NCBI GenBank assembly: GCA_964014015.1 | Contig: CAXGYR010000001.1 | Location: 1,260 to 65,259, forward strand | DNA: 64,000 bases | From: an uncultured Kiritimatiellaceae bacterium | Lineage (GTDB): Bacteria > Verrucomicrobiota > Kiritimatiellia > Kiritimatiellales > Pontiellaceae | Direction of reading: 5' to 3' | The notes under the pieces: model-generated | Seen by the model: only the letters and a program-made list of their open reading frames with translations | Told to the model about the DNA's origin: nothing | Databases searched by the model: none | Translations under genes and position numbers: made by a program | In this document: positions 19,677 through 29,633 of the stretch, one piece after another | How positions within the stretch are numbered: the stretch's first letter is position 1 | How the letters are laid out: every line of letters begins with the position of its first letter

Positions 19677-21254
19677 ATGCATTTTCGAAAGAATTTAACG
19701 TATAATGTGAAGGCGGTTATCGACATTGGATCGACATCTATTCGCATGGTGATGGCCGAAGTACATCCAGATAAGGATGTTAAGGTATTGGAGTCGCTCA
19801 CTCAGAGTGTTTCGCTCGGGCGTGACACCTTCACGAAAGGTAGAATCAGCTCAGCGACAACTTTATTATGCATTGAAGCTCTCAGAGATTTTTTAGCGGT
19901 TGCCAATACGTATCAACTGAACATCGAAAAAGATATTCGAGCTGTAGCTACTAGCGCGGTTCGTGAAGCAAGCAATCATCTTGAATTCATGGATCGGATT
20001 TTTACGGCAACGGGTATTGAAATAGCTCTTATCTCTGGAGCAGAAGTAAACCGCTTAACCTTTTTTGCGATTCAACCCTACTTGGCGAAACACGAAGAGC
20101 TACGGAAGCAACATGCGTTGTTTATCGAAATGGGGGGTGGTAGCACGGAACTGATAGGACTAAAAAAGGGCAGAATCTCATTTTCTCATACGCATCGCAT
20201 CGGCTTTTACAGATTGAGCGAATCCGCTGACAAAGCGAATACAGAGTTGCGACCATCGCAGAAGATGTTGCATATGGAGCTCCGCACGTTATTCCGTAAT
20301 TTTCAGGAGCAAAGCACCACAACAGTGCAACGTCCCGTGTTAGTGTTTATGGGTAGTGAAGCGCGTCTAGCAGCTCAATTGCTTGATGATGCATGGGAAG
20401 TCGATACCATTTCGAGCTTTCGTTGCAGTGAGGTTGATAAATTGATTCAGCGTATCCGGAAACTACGGCCCGAACAGATCGCGACCCGGTATCAAATTCC
20501 CTACGACGATGCACAAACAGTGGAAGCGGCTTGGAGTAGTTATTTGCAAATCGCCCAGGAGTTTGGTGTGAAACGCATATACACGTGCAATGCAACTATG
20601 CGAGATGGATTGCTATCAGAATTGCGAGCTTCCTCAACCTGGCAACCTGATTTTATCGCGCACGTTCTTCATTCAGCGAAAAATATCGCACGTCGTTATC
20701 AAGTGGATATGAAGCACGCAGGTCATGTTTGTGAACATGCACTGCAGCTATTCGAGGCCCTTAAAAATGAGCATCAGCTAGGGGTTCGTGAGCAGGTTTT
20801 TTTGCAGGTATCCGCCTGGCTTCACGATGTCGGTCATTTTGTCGATGCTACCGCACATCATAAACACAGTCGCTATCTGATTGAGAACAGTCAGATCTTC
20901 GGGCTCACTCCGCAAGAGATCAAACTGTGCGCTATGATCGCACGCTATCATCGAGGAGCAACCCCTAAAAACAGTCATGCTGATTATCAAAATTTATCCC
21001 GTCATCACCGTCGGGTTGTGAATAATCTCGCATCCATCTTGCGGATCGCGGAGGCATTAGATGCCTCTCACAGTCAGCGGCTTCATATTGAAGATGTTGA
21101 GTTTAAAGAGGATCGACTTGAGCTTCTTCATACCTGTGAAAAATCGATTTCGGTAGAGGAAATGGTACTAGATCGTCTGGCTAAAATGGTGCGTCAGGTT
21201 TATGGGCGGTCAGTGGTTCTTAAGAAGCGCAAGTCAAGAAAGAGTGTTCAATGA
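19677..21254 (+). CDS. ppx: Exopolyphosphatase Ppx/GppA with HD domain
   Basis: IDIGSTSIR, ATSAVREA, EMGGGSTE, WLHDVG, HHKHS. Confidence 0.9.
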   Translation: MHFRKNLTYNVKAVIDIGSTSIRMVMAEVHPDKDVKVLESLTQSVSLGRDTFTKGRISSATTLLCIEALRDFLAVANTYQLNIEKDIRAVATSAVREASNHLEFMDRIFTATGIEIALISGAEVNRLTFFAIQPYLAKHEELRKQHALFIEMGGGSTELIGLKKGRISFSHTHRIGFYRLSESADKANTELRPSQKMLHMELRTLFRNFQEQSTTTVQRPVLVFMGSEARLAAQLLDDAWEVDTISSFRCSEVDKLIQRIRKLRPEQIATRYQIPYDDAQTVEAAWSSYLQIAQEFGVKRIYTCNATMRDGLLSELRASSTWQPDFIAHVLHSAKNIARRYQVDMKHAGHVCEHALQLFEALKNEHQLGVREQVFLQVSAWLHDVGHFVDATAHHKHSRYLIENSQIFGLTPQEIKLCAMIARYHRGATPKNSHADYQNLSRHHRRVVNNLASILRIAEALDASHSQRLHIEDVEFKEDRLELLHTCEKSISVEEMVLDRLAKMVRQVYGRSVVLKKRKSRKSVQ

Positions 21255-23347
21255 GTAAGAGAGATTTTTTTAATCGAGAAATGAGCTGGCTAGGATTCAA
21301 TCAGCGCGTCTTGGAAGAAGCAAAGAGTCCTGCTAGTCCTCTGCTGGAACGACTTAAATTTCTAGCGATAACGGCCTCTAATTTAGATGAGTTTTTTATG
21401 GTGCGAGTAGGTGGGCTCGAGATGGCACGGCAGGCGGGTCGCCGCAAAAAAGATATTGCGGGGTTAACCCCAATCATGCAGTTGAAAACCATTCGCAAGC
21501 GCACGCAACGCATGATGGCGGAGTTGCATCGTTGTTTTTACCGCGATGTAGAACCCGCGCTGAATCAGTCAGGCATTGTTCATCTGAATCCTGACTCGTT
21601 AACCCATGATCAAGAGCGGGAAGCGGAATACTATTTTCAGCAGGAAGTATTGCCCATTATCACGCCGGTCGGCATTCGCTCCGATGACCAGCCACTCAAT
21701 TTGGAGAACCTTGCACTACATATGCTGGTGGCACTCGAACCCTTGAAAGGCAAAAAGAGTGTGGTTCATGCGATTCTGCCGCTGCACCACAGTCTAAACC
21801 GGATTGTAAAATTATCCAGTGATGAGGGTATCAGTTATCTTCTATTAGAAGAGGTTGTTCAAAAACACTGCCACGCATGGTTTCCCGGTTTCCGGGTCGT
21901 AGAGTCAGGCTCTTTTCGGATAACGCGGAATGCGAACTTTGCCGTGGCAGAAGAGGAAGCGCCTGATTTATTGGCGGGCATGGAAGAGATTCTTGAAGAA
22001 CGCAAAGTTGGTTCCTGCGTTCGTCTTGAGCTTGATGCGTCTATGAGTGCCTCGCTACAGCATTTGTTGCTCAAGCTGATTCCTGCGGCAGAGGAGACGG
22101 TTTACTTAATCAAAGGACCACTGAACCTGAAAGATCTTATGCCAATGGCCTTCATGGAAGGATTTGACGAGTTAAAAATTGAGCCATGGAGCCCGCAGCA
22201 GCCTGCAGACATTGTTCCCAATCAGCCTATGTTTGAGCAGATTAAAATGAGTGACCGTCTTTTCTATCATCCGTATGAATCCTTCGATCCGGTCCTCAGA
22301 TGGGTTGAAGAGGCCGCTGCCGATAGCAATGTACTTTCAATTAAAATGGTTCTGTATCGTACCAGCTCAGATAGTGCCATCGTGCAAGCACTGAAACGGG
22401 CAGCCTTAACTGGCAAACAAGTCACGGTATTGATTGAGCTGAAGGCACGTTTTGATGAGGCGCAGAACATCGAATGGGCCCGTGAGATGCAGCTGAGTGG
22501 CATTCAGGTTATCCACGGAGTTCGCGGTTATAAAACACATGCAAAAATAACCTTAGTGGTGCGGCGCGAAGAGACGGGAATTGTTCGCTACTGTCATTAC
22601 GGAACGGGAAATTATAACGAATCAACTGCTAAATTATATGGCGATATAAGTTATTTAACCTGTCATGCTGGGTTGGGTGAAGATGCATCAATGTTTTTCA
22701 ATGTTCTGTGCGGCTATGCACAGCCGGAGCGAATGAATCATCTATCAATCGCACCACTAACATTACGGGAGCGTATTTTAGAGCTGATTGAATTTGAGAT
22801 CAGCCGAGCTAAAGAGGGTAAAAAAGCCTCCGTGTACGTGAAGATGAACTCACTTGTAGATCAAGCTATTTCAGAGGCGCTTTACCGAGCGGATCGAGCT
22901 GGCGTTAAGATAGTGTTAAATATTCGCGGTATCTGTTGTCTAAAACCACGAGGAAATATTCGAGTCACAAGTATTGTGGATCGGTACTTAGAACATGCAC
23001 GGATCATTCAGTTCTATCATGGGGGCAAGCCACAGCTCTACATCTCTAGTGCAGACTGGATGCCGCGCAACCTAGATCGAAGACTTGAGCTATTGGTTCC
23101 GATTATAGATGCTGAATGCCAAGCAAAGCTTCGCAAATATTTGGAAATTCATATGCAGGACAATCAGCGCGCCTGGCTATTGCAATCGGACGGTTCTTAC
23201 CGTAGGGCTCTGCCAACTAAAGGTGCGCGCAAAATGCGCAGTCAGGCGTGGTTGCAAAAACAGATGCAGGATCTGCTAGATCAAAAAAGAAAAGACAAAC
23301 CTACGCGATTTGAGCCCCATCTCGGCGACATAAAAAATGAAGCATAA
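21251..23347 (+). CDS. ppk1: Polyphosphate kinase 1
   Basis: NRE.SWL.FN.RVL, NLDEFFMVRV, HPYESF, ELKARFDE, KTHAK, YLEHAR, SSADWM.RNL. Confidence 0.97.
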   Translation: MSKRDFFNREMSWLGFNQRVLEEAKSPASPLLERLKFLAITASNLDEFFMVRVGGLEMARQAGRRKKDIAGLTPIMQLKTIRKRTQRMMAELHRCFYRDVEPALNQSGIVHLNPDSLTHDQEREAEYYFQQEVLPIITPVGIRSDDQPLNLENLALHMLVALEPLKGKKSVVHAILPLHHSLNRIVKLSSDEGISYLLLEEVVQKHCHAWFPGFRVVESGSFRITRNANFAVAEEEAPDLLAGMEEILEERKVGSCVRLELDASMSASLQHLLLKLIPAAEETVYLIKGPLNLKDLMPMAFMEGFDELKIEPWSPQQPADIVPNQPMFEQIKMSDRLFYHPYESFDPVLRWVEEAAADSNVLSIKMVLYRTSSDSAIVQALKRAALTGKQVTVLIELKARFDEAQNIEWAREMQLSGIQVIHGVRGYKTHAKITLVVRREETGIVRYCHYGTGNYNESTAKLYGDISYLTCHAGLGEDASMFFNVLCGYAQPERMNHLSIAPLTLRERILELIEFEISRAKEGKKASVYVKMNSLVDQAISEALYRADRAGVKIVLNIRGICCLKPRGNIRVTSIVDRYLEHARIIQFYHGGKPQLYISSADWMPRNLDRRLELLVPIIDAECQAKLRKYLEIHMQDNQRAWLLQSDGSYRRALPTKGARKMRSQAWLQKQMQDLLDQKRKDKPTRFEPHLGDIKNEA

Positions 23348-23367
23348 ATAAAGAGGACGTTTTTATC

Positions 23368-24459
23368 ATGGAATCGAAAACCAAAACCATTGGCATATTA
23401 ACATCGGGCGGTGATTGTCCGGGTTTGAACGCCGCTATTCGAGGGGTTGTAAAAACTGTCTTGCAACAAGGCACAAAAGTATTTGGCATTCAGGACGGAT
23501 TTCGTGGGCTCGTAGAGAATCGTTTTATTCAATTATCAGATGCGGACGTAAGCGGTATTTTAACACATGGAGGTACCTTTTTAGGTTCAAGTCGTGATAA
23601 GCCCCATAAAATGAAGATGGCCGATCAAGTAATGGATATGACGGCAACCGCTGTACAAAATGCAGAGCGCAATCATATCGACTGTCTGGTTTGTCTCGGC
23701 GGCAACGGCACACAGAAAAATGCTATGCGACTCCATCAAGCCGGTCTGAATGTTTTAACTCTACCCAAGACTATTGATAATGATGTGGGTTGTACCGATA
23801 TCACCTTCGGGTTTGACTCTTCAATGACCATCGCCACTGAAGCTATTGACCGATTGCATACAACAGCAACGAGTCATCATCGAGCTATCGTCTGTGAAAT
23901 CATGGGGCATAAAGCTGGGTGGCTAGCACTCGGCGCCGGTATTGCAGGCGGTGCAGATGTTATCTTGATACCAGAAATTCCATACGATCTGGACGTGGTG
24001 ACAGCGCATCTACTGGAGCGGCGACGGCATCACAAACGTTTCTCCATTTTAGCGGTAGCGGAAGGAGCATTAAGCATACAGGAAGCTGAACACGGACGGA
24101 AAAAAATAAAAGGAAGAGCTGATGGCTATATGCCTGAACCCATTGCCAACCGTATTGCCCGTGAAATTAACGAAGCAACCGGCATTGATATTCGATACAC
24201 ATCGCTTGGACATGTCCAACGAGGAGGAGCGCCAACAGCAGCAGATCGCCTGCTCTGCACACGACTCGGAACCAAAGCAGGGGAGCTGCTCTCAAACGGT
24301 GTTTACAATGTAATGGTCGCCATGCAAGGCGATACCTGCGTTCCTGTGCCAATCGAACAAGTGGCAGGCATCACCAAAACCGTTCCAGCAGACCATCCCT
24401 GGATTAAAACCGCTGAACGGGTCGACACCTGTTTAGGACATCGACCCGCTGCACGATAG
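23368..24459 (+). CDS. pfkA: 6-phosphofructokinase, PfkA family (group III-like)
   Basis: TSGGDCPGLN, GGNGT, PKTIDND, EIMGH, LGHVQRGG. Confidence 0.92.
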   Translation: MESKTKTIGILTSGGDCPGLNAAIRGVVKTVLQQGTKVFGIQDGFRGLVENRFIQLSDADVSGILTHGGTFLGSSRDKPHKMKMADQVMDMTATAVQNAERNHIDCLVCLGGNGTQKNAMRLHQAGLNVLTLPKTIDNDVGCTDITFGFDSSMTIATEAIDRLHTTATSHHRAIVCEIMGHKAGWLALGAGIAGGADVILIPEIPYDLDVVTAHLLERRRHHKRFSILAVAEGALSIQEAEHGRKKIKGRADGYMPEPIANRIAREINEATGIDIRYTSLGHVQRGGAPTAADRLLCTRLGTKAGELLSNGVYNVMVAMQGDTCVPVPIEQVAGITKTVPADHPWIKTAERVDTCLGHRPAAR

Positions 24460-24526
24460 ATACAGTTTTTGTTTTTATTCGGTGCAAATTTTTCGCACGT
24501 TCTACGATTAATACTGTGGAGAAGAT

Positions 24527-25429
24527 ATGTCGTTAGCAAATGAAATAGATCTGTTGAAAAAAGAGCGGGGTGCCGTGATTATCGCGCACAACTACCAACC
24601 AGATGAGGTACAGGCACTGGCTGACTTTACCGGAGATTCACTTGAGTTGAGTCGAAAAGCCGCTGAACTCGACGAAGAAGTGATTGTTTTTTGTGGCGTT
24701 CACTTTATGGCGGAGACAGCCGCTATTCTGAGTCCTGAAAAAACAATACTACTACCGGATCAGTTTGCCGGCTGTCCCATGGCGGATATGATCACGGCTG
24801 ATCAATTACGAGCCAGAAAAGCAGAGCACCCCGACGCGGTCGTGATTGCGTATGTAAACAGCTCGGCAGCCGTAAAAGCGGAAACGGATCTTTGCTGTAC
24901 CTCCTCGAACGCTGTTAAGATTGTTCAGTCCGTTCCCAAGGATCGGGATATAATTTTTGTACCGGACACCCACTTGGGTCACTACGTGCAAGAGCTAGTC
25001 GGACGCGAAATGATTATATGGGATGGATACTGTCCGACGCACTCGCGTATTCGAGACCGTGATATTGTACGTGAAAAACAGGATCATCCGCAGGCAAAAG
25101 TAATGTCTCACCCCGAGTGCCCACAGAATATCCGGGATGTATCTGATTATCTTCTCTCAACCGGTCAGATGATTGAGCATGCACGCAATTCAGATGAGCA
25201 AGAATTTATTGTAGCAACCGAGATGGGGCTGCTTTATCGCCTTCGGAATGAAAACCCAGAGAAGAAATTTTATTCGGTTAGCGATCGCGCACTTTGCCCA
25301 AACATGAAAAAAATTGATGCCGAAAAAGTCCTCTGGTCTTTACAAGACATGCAACACCGTATCACGGTGCCAGAAGATATTTCTAATCGAGCACGACGCT
25401 CGATTGAAGCCATGCTAGAGTTGAGCTAA
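24527..25429 (+). CDS. nadA: Quinolinate synthase
   Basis: AHNYQ, FCGVHFMAE, GCPMAD, YVNS, CPTH, HPEC, CPNMK. Confidence 0.97.
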   Translation: MSLANEIDLLKKERGAVIIAHNYQPDEVQALADFTGDSLELSRKAAELDEEVIVFCGVHFMAETAAILSPEKTILLPDQFAGCPMADMITADQLRARKAEHPDAVVIAYVNSSAAVKAETDLCCTSSNAVKIVQSVPKDRDIIFVPDTHLGHYVQELVGREMIIWDGYCPTHSRIRDRDIVREKQDHPQAKVMSHPECPQNIRDVSDYLLSTGQMIEHARNSDEQEFIVATEMGLLYRLRNENPEKKFYSVSDRALCPNMKKIDAEKVLWSLQDMQHRITVPEDISNRARRSIEAMLELS

Positions 25430-25450
25430 CGCGGGAAAGGTCGCCTATCG

Positions 25451-26620
25451 ATGCAATCGGTTTATCTTGATTATAATTCAACAACACCAACCGACCCTGC
25501 CGTCGTAGAGGCGATGCTGCCGTATTTGCATGAACTGTGGGCTAATCCATCGAGTGCCCATAATCCGGGCAATCAGGTTCGACGGGCGGTAGATCGTGCA
25601 CGGGAACAGGTCGCTACCCTCATCGGTGCTGAGGAACCGAGTGAGATTATTTTTACGAGTGGGGCAACTGAATCAAACAACACCGCCATCATAAGCGGTA
25701 TGGAGCAACTTGGCACCACTGCGCAGCTCATAACTAGCCCAACCGAGCATGCAGCCGTTATCGGACCCGCCCAATGGCTTGAACAGCGTGAGCAATCGGT
25801 TGTCTGGGTGCCGGTCGACGAGAACGGCCGACCGCAGCTAGAAGAAGTTAAAAAAGCGCTTAAAAATTCAACGACAGCATTGGTCTCTTTTATGTGGGCT
25901 AACAACGAAACAGGAGTTGTTTCACCGATTGAAGAGTTGGCAACAATAACAGCGGAAGCGGGTGCGCTATTTCATACAGACGCCGTCCAGATCACGGGCA
26001 AACTACCTATTTCCGTGAAGGATTTACCAATTCATATGCTTTCCATATCCGCCCATAAACTATGCGGTCCCAAAGGGATTGGTGCCTTATACCTCAGAAA
26101 AGGCACACGGCTGACACCTTTTCTACGCGGGGGGCATCAGGAGCGCGCCCGTCGTGCCGGCACCGAAAATGTTCCTGCCATTATTGGCTTTGGTAAAGCC
26201 TCTGAAATGGTTCAACAGACGATGGCACAGGAAGCGTCTCGAATAGAGGGTTTACGAAATCGACTCGAAGAGGGCATTTTATCTACCTGCAAAGGGGCCG
26301 CCCTGCATGGTGGCGATGCGCAACGGCTTCCCAACACACTCAACATTGGATTTGAGCATCTCGACGGCGAAGCCATTCTCTATATGCTGGATGATCACAA
26401 TATTAGTGTGTCTACAGGATCGGCTTGTGAATCCGGCTCGCTGGAAGCATCGCATGTGCTAAAAGCGATGGGGGTTGAGCGAAAATATCTCAACGGTGCT
26501 ATTCGCTTTAGCTTAGGGAAATACAGTACCGAAAAAGATATAGATACCGTTCTTGAAATAGTACCAACGATTATCGACCGCTGCCGCTCATTAGCGCCAC
26601 AGATTAAGGACGAAGCATGA
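25451..26620 (+). CDS. iscS: Cysteine desulfurase (IscS/NifS family)
   Basis: YLDYNSTT, ANNETG, HTDAVQ, SAHKLCGPKG, STGSAC. Confidence 0.92.
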   Translation: MQSVYLDYNSTTPTDPAVVEAMLPYLHELWANPSSAHNPGNQVRRAVDRAREQVATLIGAEEPSEIIFTSGATESNNTAIISGMEQLGTTAQLITSPTEHAAVIGPAQWLEQREQSVVWVPVDENGRPQLEEVKKALKNSTTALVSFMWANNETGVVSPIEELATITAEAGALFHTDAVQITGKLPISVKDLPIHMLSISAHKLCGPKGIGALYLRKGTRLTPFLRGGHQERARRAGTENVPAIIGFGKASEMVQQTMAQEASRIEGLRNRLEEGILSTCKGAALHGGDAQRLPNTLNIGFEHLDGEAILYMLDDHNISVSTGSACESGSLEASHVLKAMGVERKYLNGAIRFSLGKYSTEKDIDTVLEIVPTIIDRCRSLAPQIKDEA

Positions 26621-27711
26621 AAGAGTGGATCGAACAACTGAAGGTCTATGAACCGGGCAAACCAATTGAAGAAGTGGCTCGTGAACTCGGTTTCACTGAT
26701 CTATCTGACATTGTAAAAGTGGCCTCTAACGAAAACGAATGGGGCCCCTCCCCAAAAGCCATTGAAGCCATGCAACAAGCCGCACCAGACATGCACCGCT
26801 ATCCCGATGGGGGATGCTTCTATCTGCGCAAGCGACTGGCCCAGAAACTGGACGTACAGCCGGAACAGATACTCTTTGGCAATGGAAGTAATGAGCTAAT
26901 CGTTTTTCTGGCGCACCTCTATCTAGAGCCCGGCACGTCTCTCGTGATGGCCGACAAAGCATTTGCCGTCTATGCACTGGCAACACACCTCTATCAAGGC
27001 GAGCTAATCCGCGTACCCATGCAAGACTTTACACACGATCTAGACGCCATGCTCAGCGCCATCCGTCCCGACACGCGCCTCTTGGCATTGGTAAACCCCA
27101 ACAATCCAACCGGAACCGCGGTTGATCCAGCTGCGCTTGTGCAAGCTGTTCGTACCGTGCCACCATACGTACTCGTCATAATCGATGAGGCCTACTTTGA
27201 AGTAATGCCACCCGATCAACGGGGAGACTCGTTAGCGCTGATTCGTGAAGGGTGTGAAAATGTAATCATACTGCGCACCTTTTCCAAAGGCTACGGACTA
27301 GCCGGTCTGCGCATCGGATATGGCGTAGCAAACGAAAAGCTGATTGATCGGCTGAATCGAGTCCGACAACCCTTTAATGTGAACGCAATGGCGCAAGCCG
27401 GAGCATTAGCCGCCCTCGATGACGAAGAACATCTGCAACAAACCGCTCAATCGACGCAAGCCGGTTGTCGCCAGCTCGTATCTGGGCTTCAGAAATTAGG
27501 CATCGAAACCGTTCCTTCCGCCGCCAACTTTATTTTAGTAAAAACCGGGGCAGGGCGTGAATGGTTTCATGCGTTGCAACAGGAAAAAATCATCGTGCGA
27601 CCCATGGATGCATACGGTCTACCCGACTACATTCGGATCACTGTTGGAACAGAGCAACAAAACCAAGCAACCCTGCGTGCCATTGCACATATTCAAAATC
27701 AATTTAAGTAG
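26617..27711 (+). CDS. hisC: Histidinol-phosphate aminotransferase
   Basis: YEPGKP, ASNEN, NPNNPTG, DEAY, RTFSK.YGLAGLRIGY. Confidence 0.93.
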   Translation: MKEWIEQLKVYEPGKPIEEVARELGFTDLSDIVKVASNENEWGPSPKAIEAMQQAAPDMHRYPDGGCFYLRKRLAQKLDVQPEQILFGNGSNELIVFLAHLYLEPGTSLVMADKAFAVYALATHLYQGELIRVPMQDFTHDLDAMLSAIRPDTRLLALVNPNNPTGTAVDPAALVQAVRTVPPYVLVIIDEAYFEVMPPDQRGDSLALIREGCENVIILRTFSKGYGLAGLRIGYGVANEKLIDRLNRVRQPFNVNAMAQAGALAALDDEEHLQQTAQSTQAGCRQLVSGLQKLGIETVPSAANFILVKTGAGREWFHALQQEKIIVRPMDAYGLPDYIRITVGTEQQNQATLRAIAHIQNQFK

Positions 27712-27732
27712 CCGCTTTTTTCATCTAGAAAC

Positions 27733-27760
27733 TTGACTCGTTTTTCGGAACCGCTACGAT
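27733..27760 (+). promoter_or_regulatory. Sigma70-type promoter of tRNA-Val
   Basis: TTGACT-N16-TACGAT, ending 16 nt upstream of the tRNA. Confidence 0.6.
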
Positions 27761-27776
27761 GCTTTCTCTTTTTTAA

Positions 27777-27853
27777 GGGCGATTAGCTCAGCTGGCTAGA
27801 GCATCTCGTTTACACCGAGAGGGTCGGCGGTTCGAATCCGTCATCGCCCACCA
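27777..27853 (+). tRNA. tRNA-Val (anticodon TAC)
   Basis: GGGCGAT...ATCGCCC acceptor stem, AGCTCAGCTGG D-arm, TCTCG-TTTACAC-CGAGA anticodon arm, GGTTCGAATCC, encoded CCA; 77 nt. Confidence 0.97.
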
Positions 27854-27857
27854 TTCT

Positions 27858-28616
27858 TTACAGGGTAAACATGGCAACGCTGCCTGCGACTGCTACGTTT
27901 AATGATTCGCAGGCTTGGTCTACTTCTATGGTGGCTAGTTGGTCGCATAGTGAGAGTAGATCGTCTGGAAGTCCATTTGCTTCTGAGCCGAGCGCGACTA
28001 TGTAGGGAGTAGAGAGGTTTAGCTCTTGAATTGTGGTGCCGCCCCGACAAACTAATCCAATCAGTTGCATATCGAACTTCTGTTTTATAGAGGATAGCTG
28101 ATCAGCTGAGCAGGGTATTATCGGCAGGCGGGAAAAGGTGCCCATGGTTGCTCGTAAGACTTTTGGATTCGTTGGATCGACGCATTCTCCGGCCAATAGA
28201 ATCGCATCATAGCCGGCGCCGACGGCTGAGCGGATGAGCGTGCCGAGATTACCGGGGTCCCGAATGCGGTCGAGCAGTAATATCTTTGCGTAGCAAGACC
28301 AGTCTACTTCCATTTTCTGCTGCCGGATGACGGTTAAGATGCCGGGACTCTGTTCAAGTTCTGTGATGCTGTTAAAGATCTGTTCAGGAAGCCGAATATG
28401 CTCGATCTCTTTTGGGAGGGGAGCGGGGGGAGTAAATTGATCGGATGTACAGACAAACTCTATTTCAAAGGCACGATGCCCGGTCCGTAAAAGTCCCTCG
28501 AGCGAGCGCCAGCCTTCCATGATGAAGGCATTTTCTTCCGCTCTTGCTTTACGTTGGGTCATAAGGCGCTTGAGCCTTTTAATGCGTGGATTCGATTGGG
28601 ATGTAATATCAAGCAT
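27858..28616 (-). CDS. TrmH/SpoU family RNA 2'-O-methyltransferase
   Basis: ITS.SNPRIK, DPGNLGTLIRSA, GSEANGL, ESLNVAVAGS. Confidence 0.92.
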   Translation of the reverse strand: MLDITSQSNPRIKRLKRLMTQRKARAEENAFIMEGWRSLEGLLRTGHRAFEIEFVCTSDQFTPPAPLPKEIEHIRLPEQIFNSITELEQSPGILTVIRQQKMEVDWSCYAKILLLDRIRDPGNLGTLIRSAVGAGYDAILLAGECVDPTNPKVLRATMGTFSRLPIIPCSADQLSSIKQKFDMQLIGLVCRGGTTIQELNLSTPYIVALGSEANGLPDDLLSLCDQLATIEVDQACESLNVAVAGSVAMFTL

Positions 28617-28667
28617 AGCGATGCTTGGATATTTGTGTAAGCTGGATTACATTTACGAGTCTTTTCT

Positions 28668-29633
28668 ATGAGTGAATCATCCGTCAGTCCAATCATAGTC
28701 GATCGGCTCGTATCTGAATTTGATGCGGAAGCCGATATGTTCTTGTCTCGTTATACAAGTTTTCAAGTAGGTGGAAAAACACCTGCCATGGTGCAGTGTC
28801 GTGATGCTGATGAGCTGGCATTGATCGTCTCTCTGCTTCACCGTGAAAAACAGCCTTACTTTGTTATGGGGCAGGGGACCAATGTGCTGGTTTCGGACGA
28901 GGGGCTCGATGAGGTTGTGCTCCGCTTTTGTAACGAGTCGTCGCAAGAACTGATAGAGGATGAGGGCTTTGTTCGGGTGAGCGGTGATATGTTATTAGAT
29001 AATTTTGCGGCCAGACTCGTTGAACTTGGTATCGGTGATCTAACGTATCTAAGCGGTATTCCGGGAACGCTTGGCGGCGCGATTGCGGGCAATGCGGGTG
29101 CATTTGGAAAGCAGATAGGGGATGCGCTGTTGCGAGCTGAGTTATTGTCAGTCGAGGGCGATCGGCGCTGGGTAGAGGGCGAAGAGCTGGAATTTGCCTA
29201 TCGTTCGTCTGTTTTGAAGGCAAGTCGCGAGATCGTGTTGCAGGCTGACATTAGGGTGGAAACGGTCGATCCGCAGGCATTGCAGAGTGAGCGGGCATCT
29301 ATTTTGCAACTGCGGAGAGAGAAGCATCCTGACTGGAAAACTGAACCTTGCGCTGGAAGTGTGTTCAGAAATATTGAACCGACCTCGGCAGCAGAGCGTC
29401 GGCAGGCGGCGGGCTGGTTTTTGGAAGAGGCGGGTGTAAAATCTTTTCAGGTTGGCGGTGCCTCGCTTTATTCCAAACATGCGAATATTATCATTGCTGG
29501 AAAAGAAGCGAGTGCGCTGGATGTCTATGATCTTTCTGAGAAGATGAAAAAGGCTGTAAAAGATAGATTCGGATTAGAGTTGGTTCGTGAAGTCCAGTTG
29601 ATAGGGAAGTTTCCGATGCTTCATAATTCATGA
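28668..29633 (+). CDS. murB: UDP-N-acetylenolpyruvoylglucosamine reductase
   Basis: TSFQVGG, G.GTNVL, GIPGTLGGA..NAGA.G, AGSVFRN, KHAN. Confidence 0.93.
   Translation: MSESSVSPIIVDRLVSEFDAEADMFLSRYTSFQVGGKTPAMVQCRDADELALIVSLLHREKQPYFVMGQGTNVLVSDEGLDEVVLRFCNESSQELIEDEGFVRVSGDMLLDNFAARLVELGIGDLTYLSGIPGTLGGAIAGNAGAFGKQIGDALLRAELLSVEGDRRWVEGEELEFAYRSSVLKASREIVLQADIRVETVDPQALQSERASILQLRREKHPDWKTEPCAGSVFRNIEPTSAAERRQAAGWFLEEAGVKSFQVGGASLYSKHANIIIAGKEASALDVYDLSEKMKKAVKDRFGLELVREVQLIGKFPMLHNS

Noticed and set aside
27777-27900. Genomic island integrated at tRNA-Val
   Set aside because: Housekeeping trmH stop lies 4 nt after the tRNA; no integrase or duplicated tRNA 3' end seen
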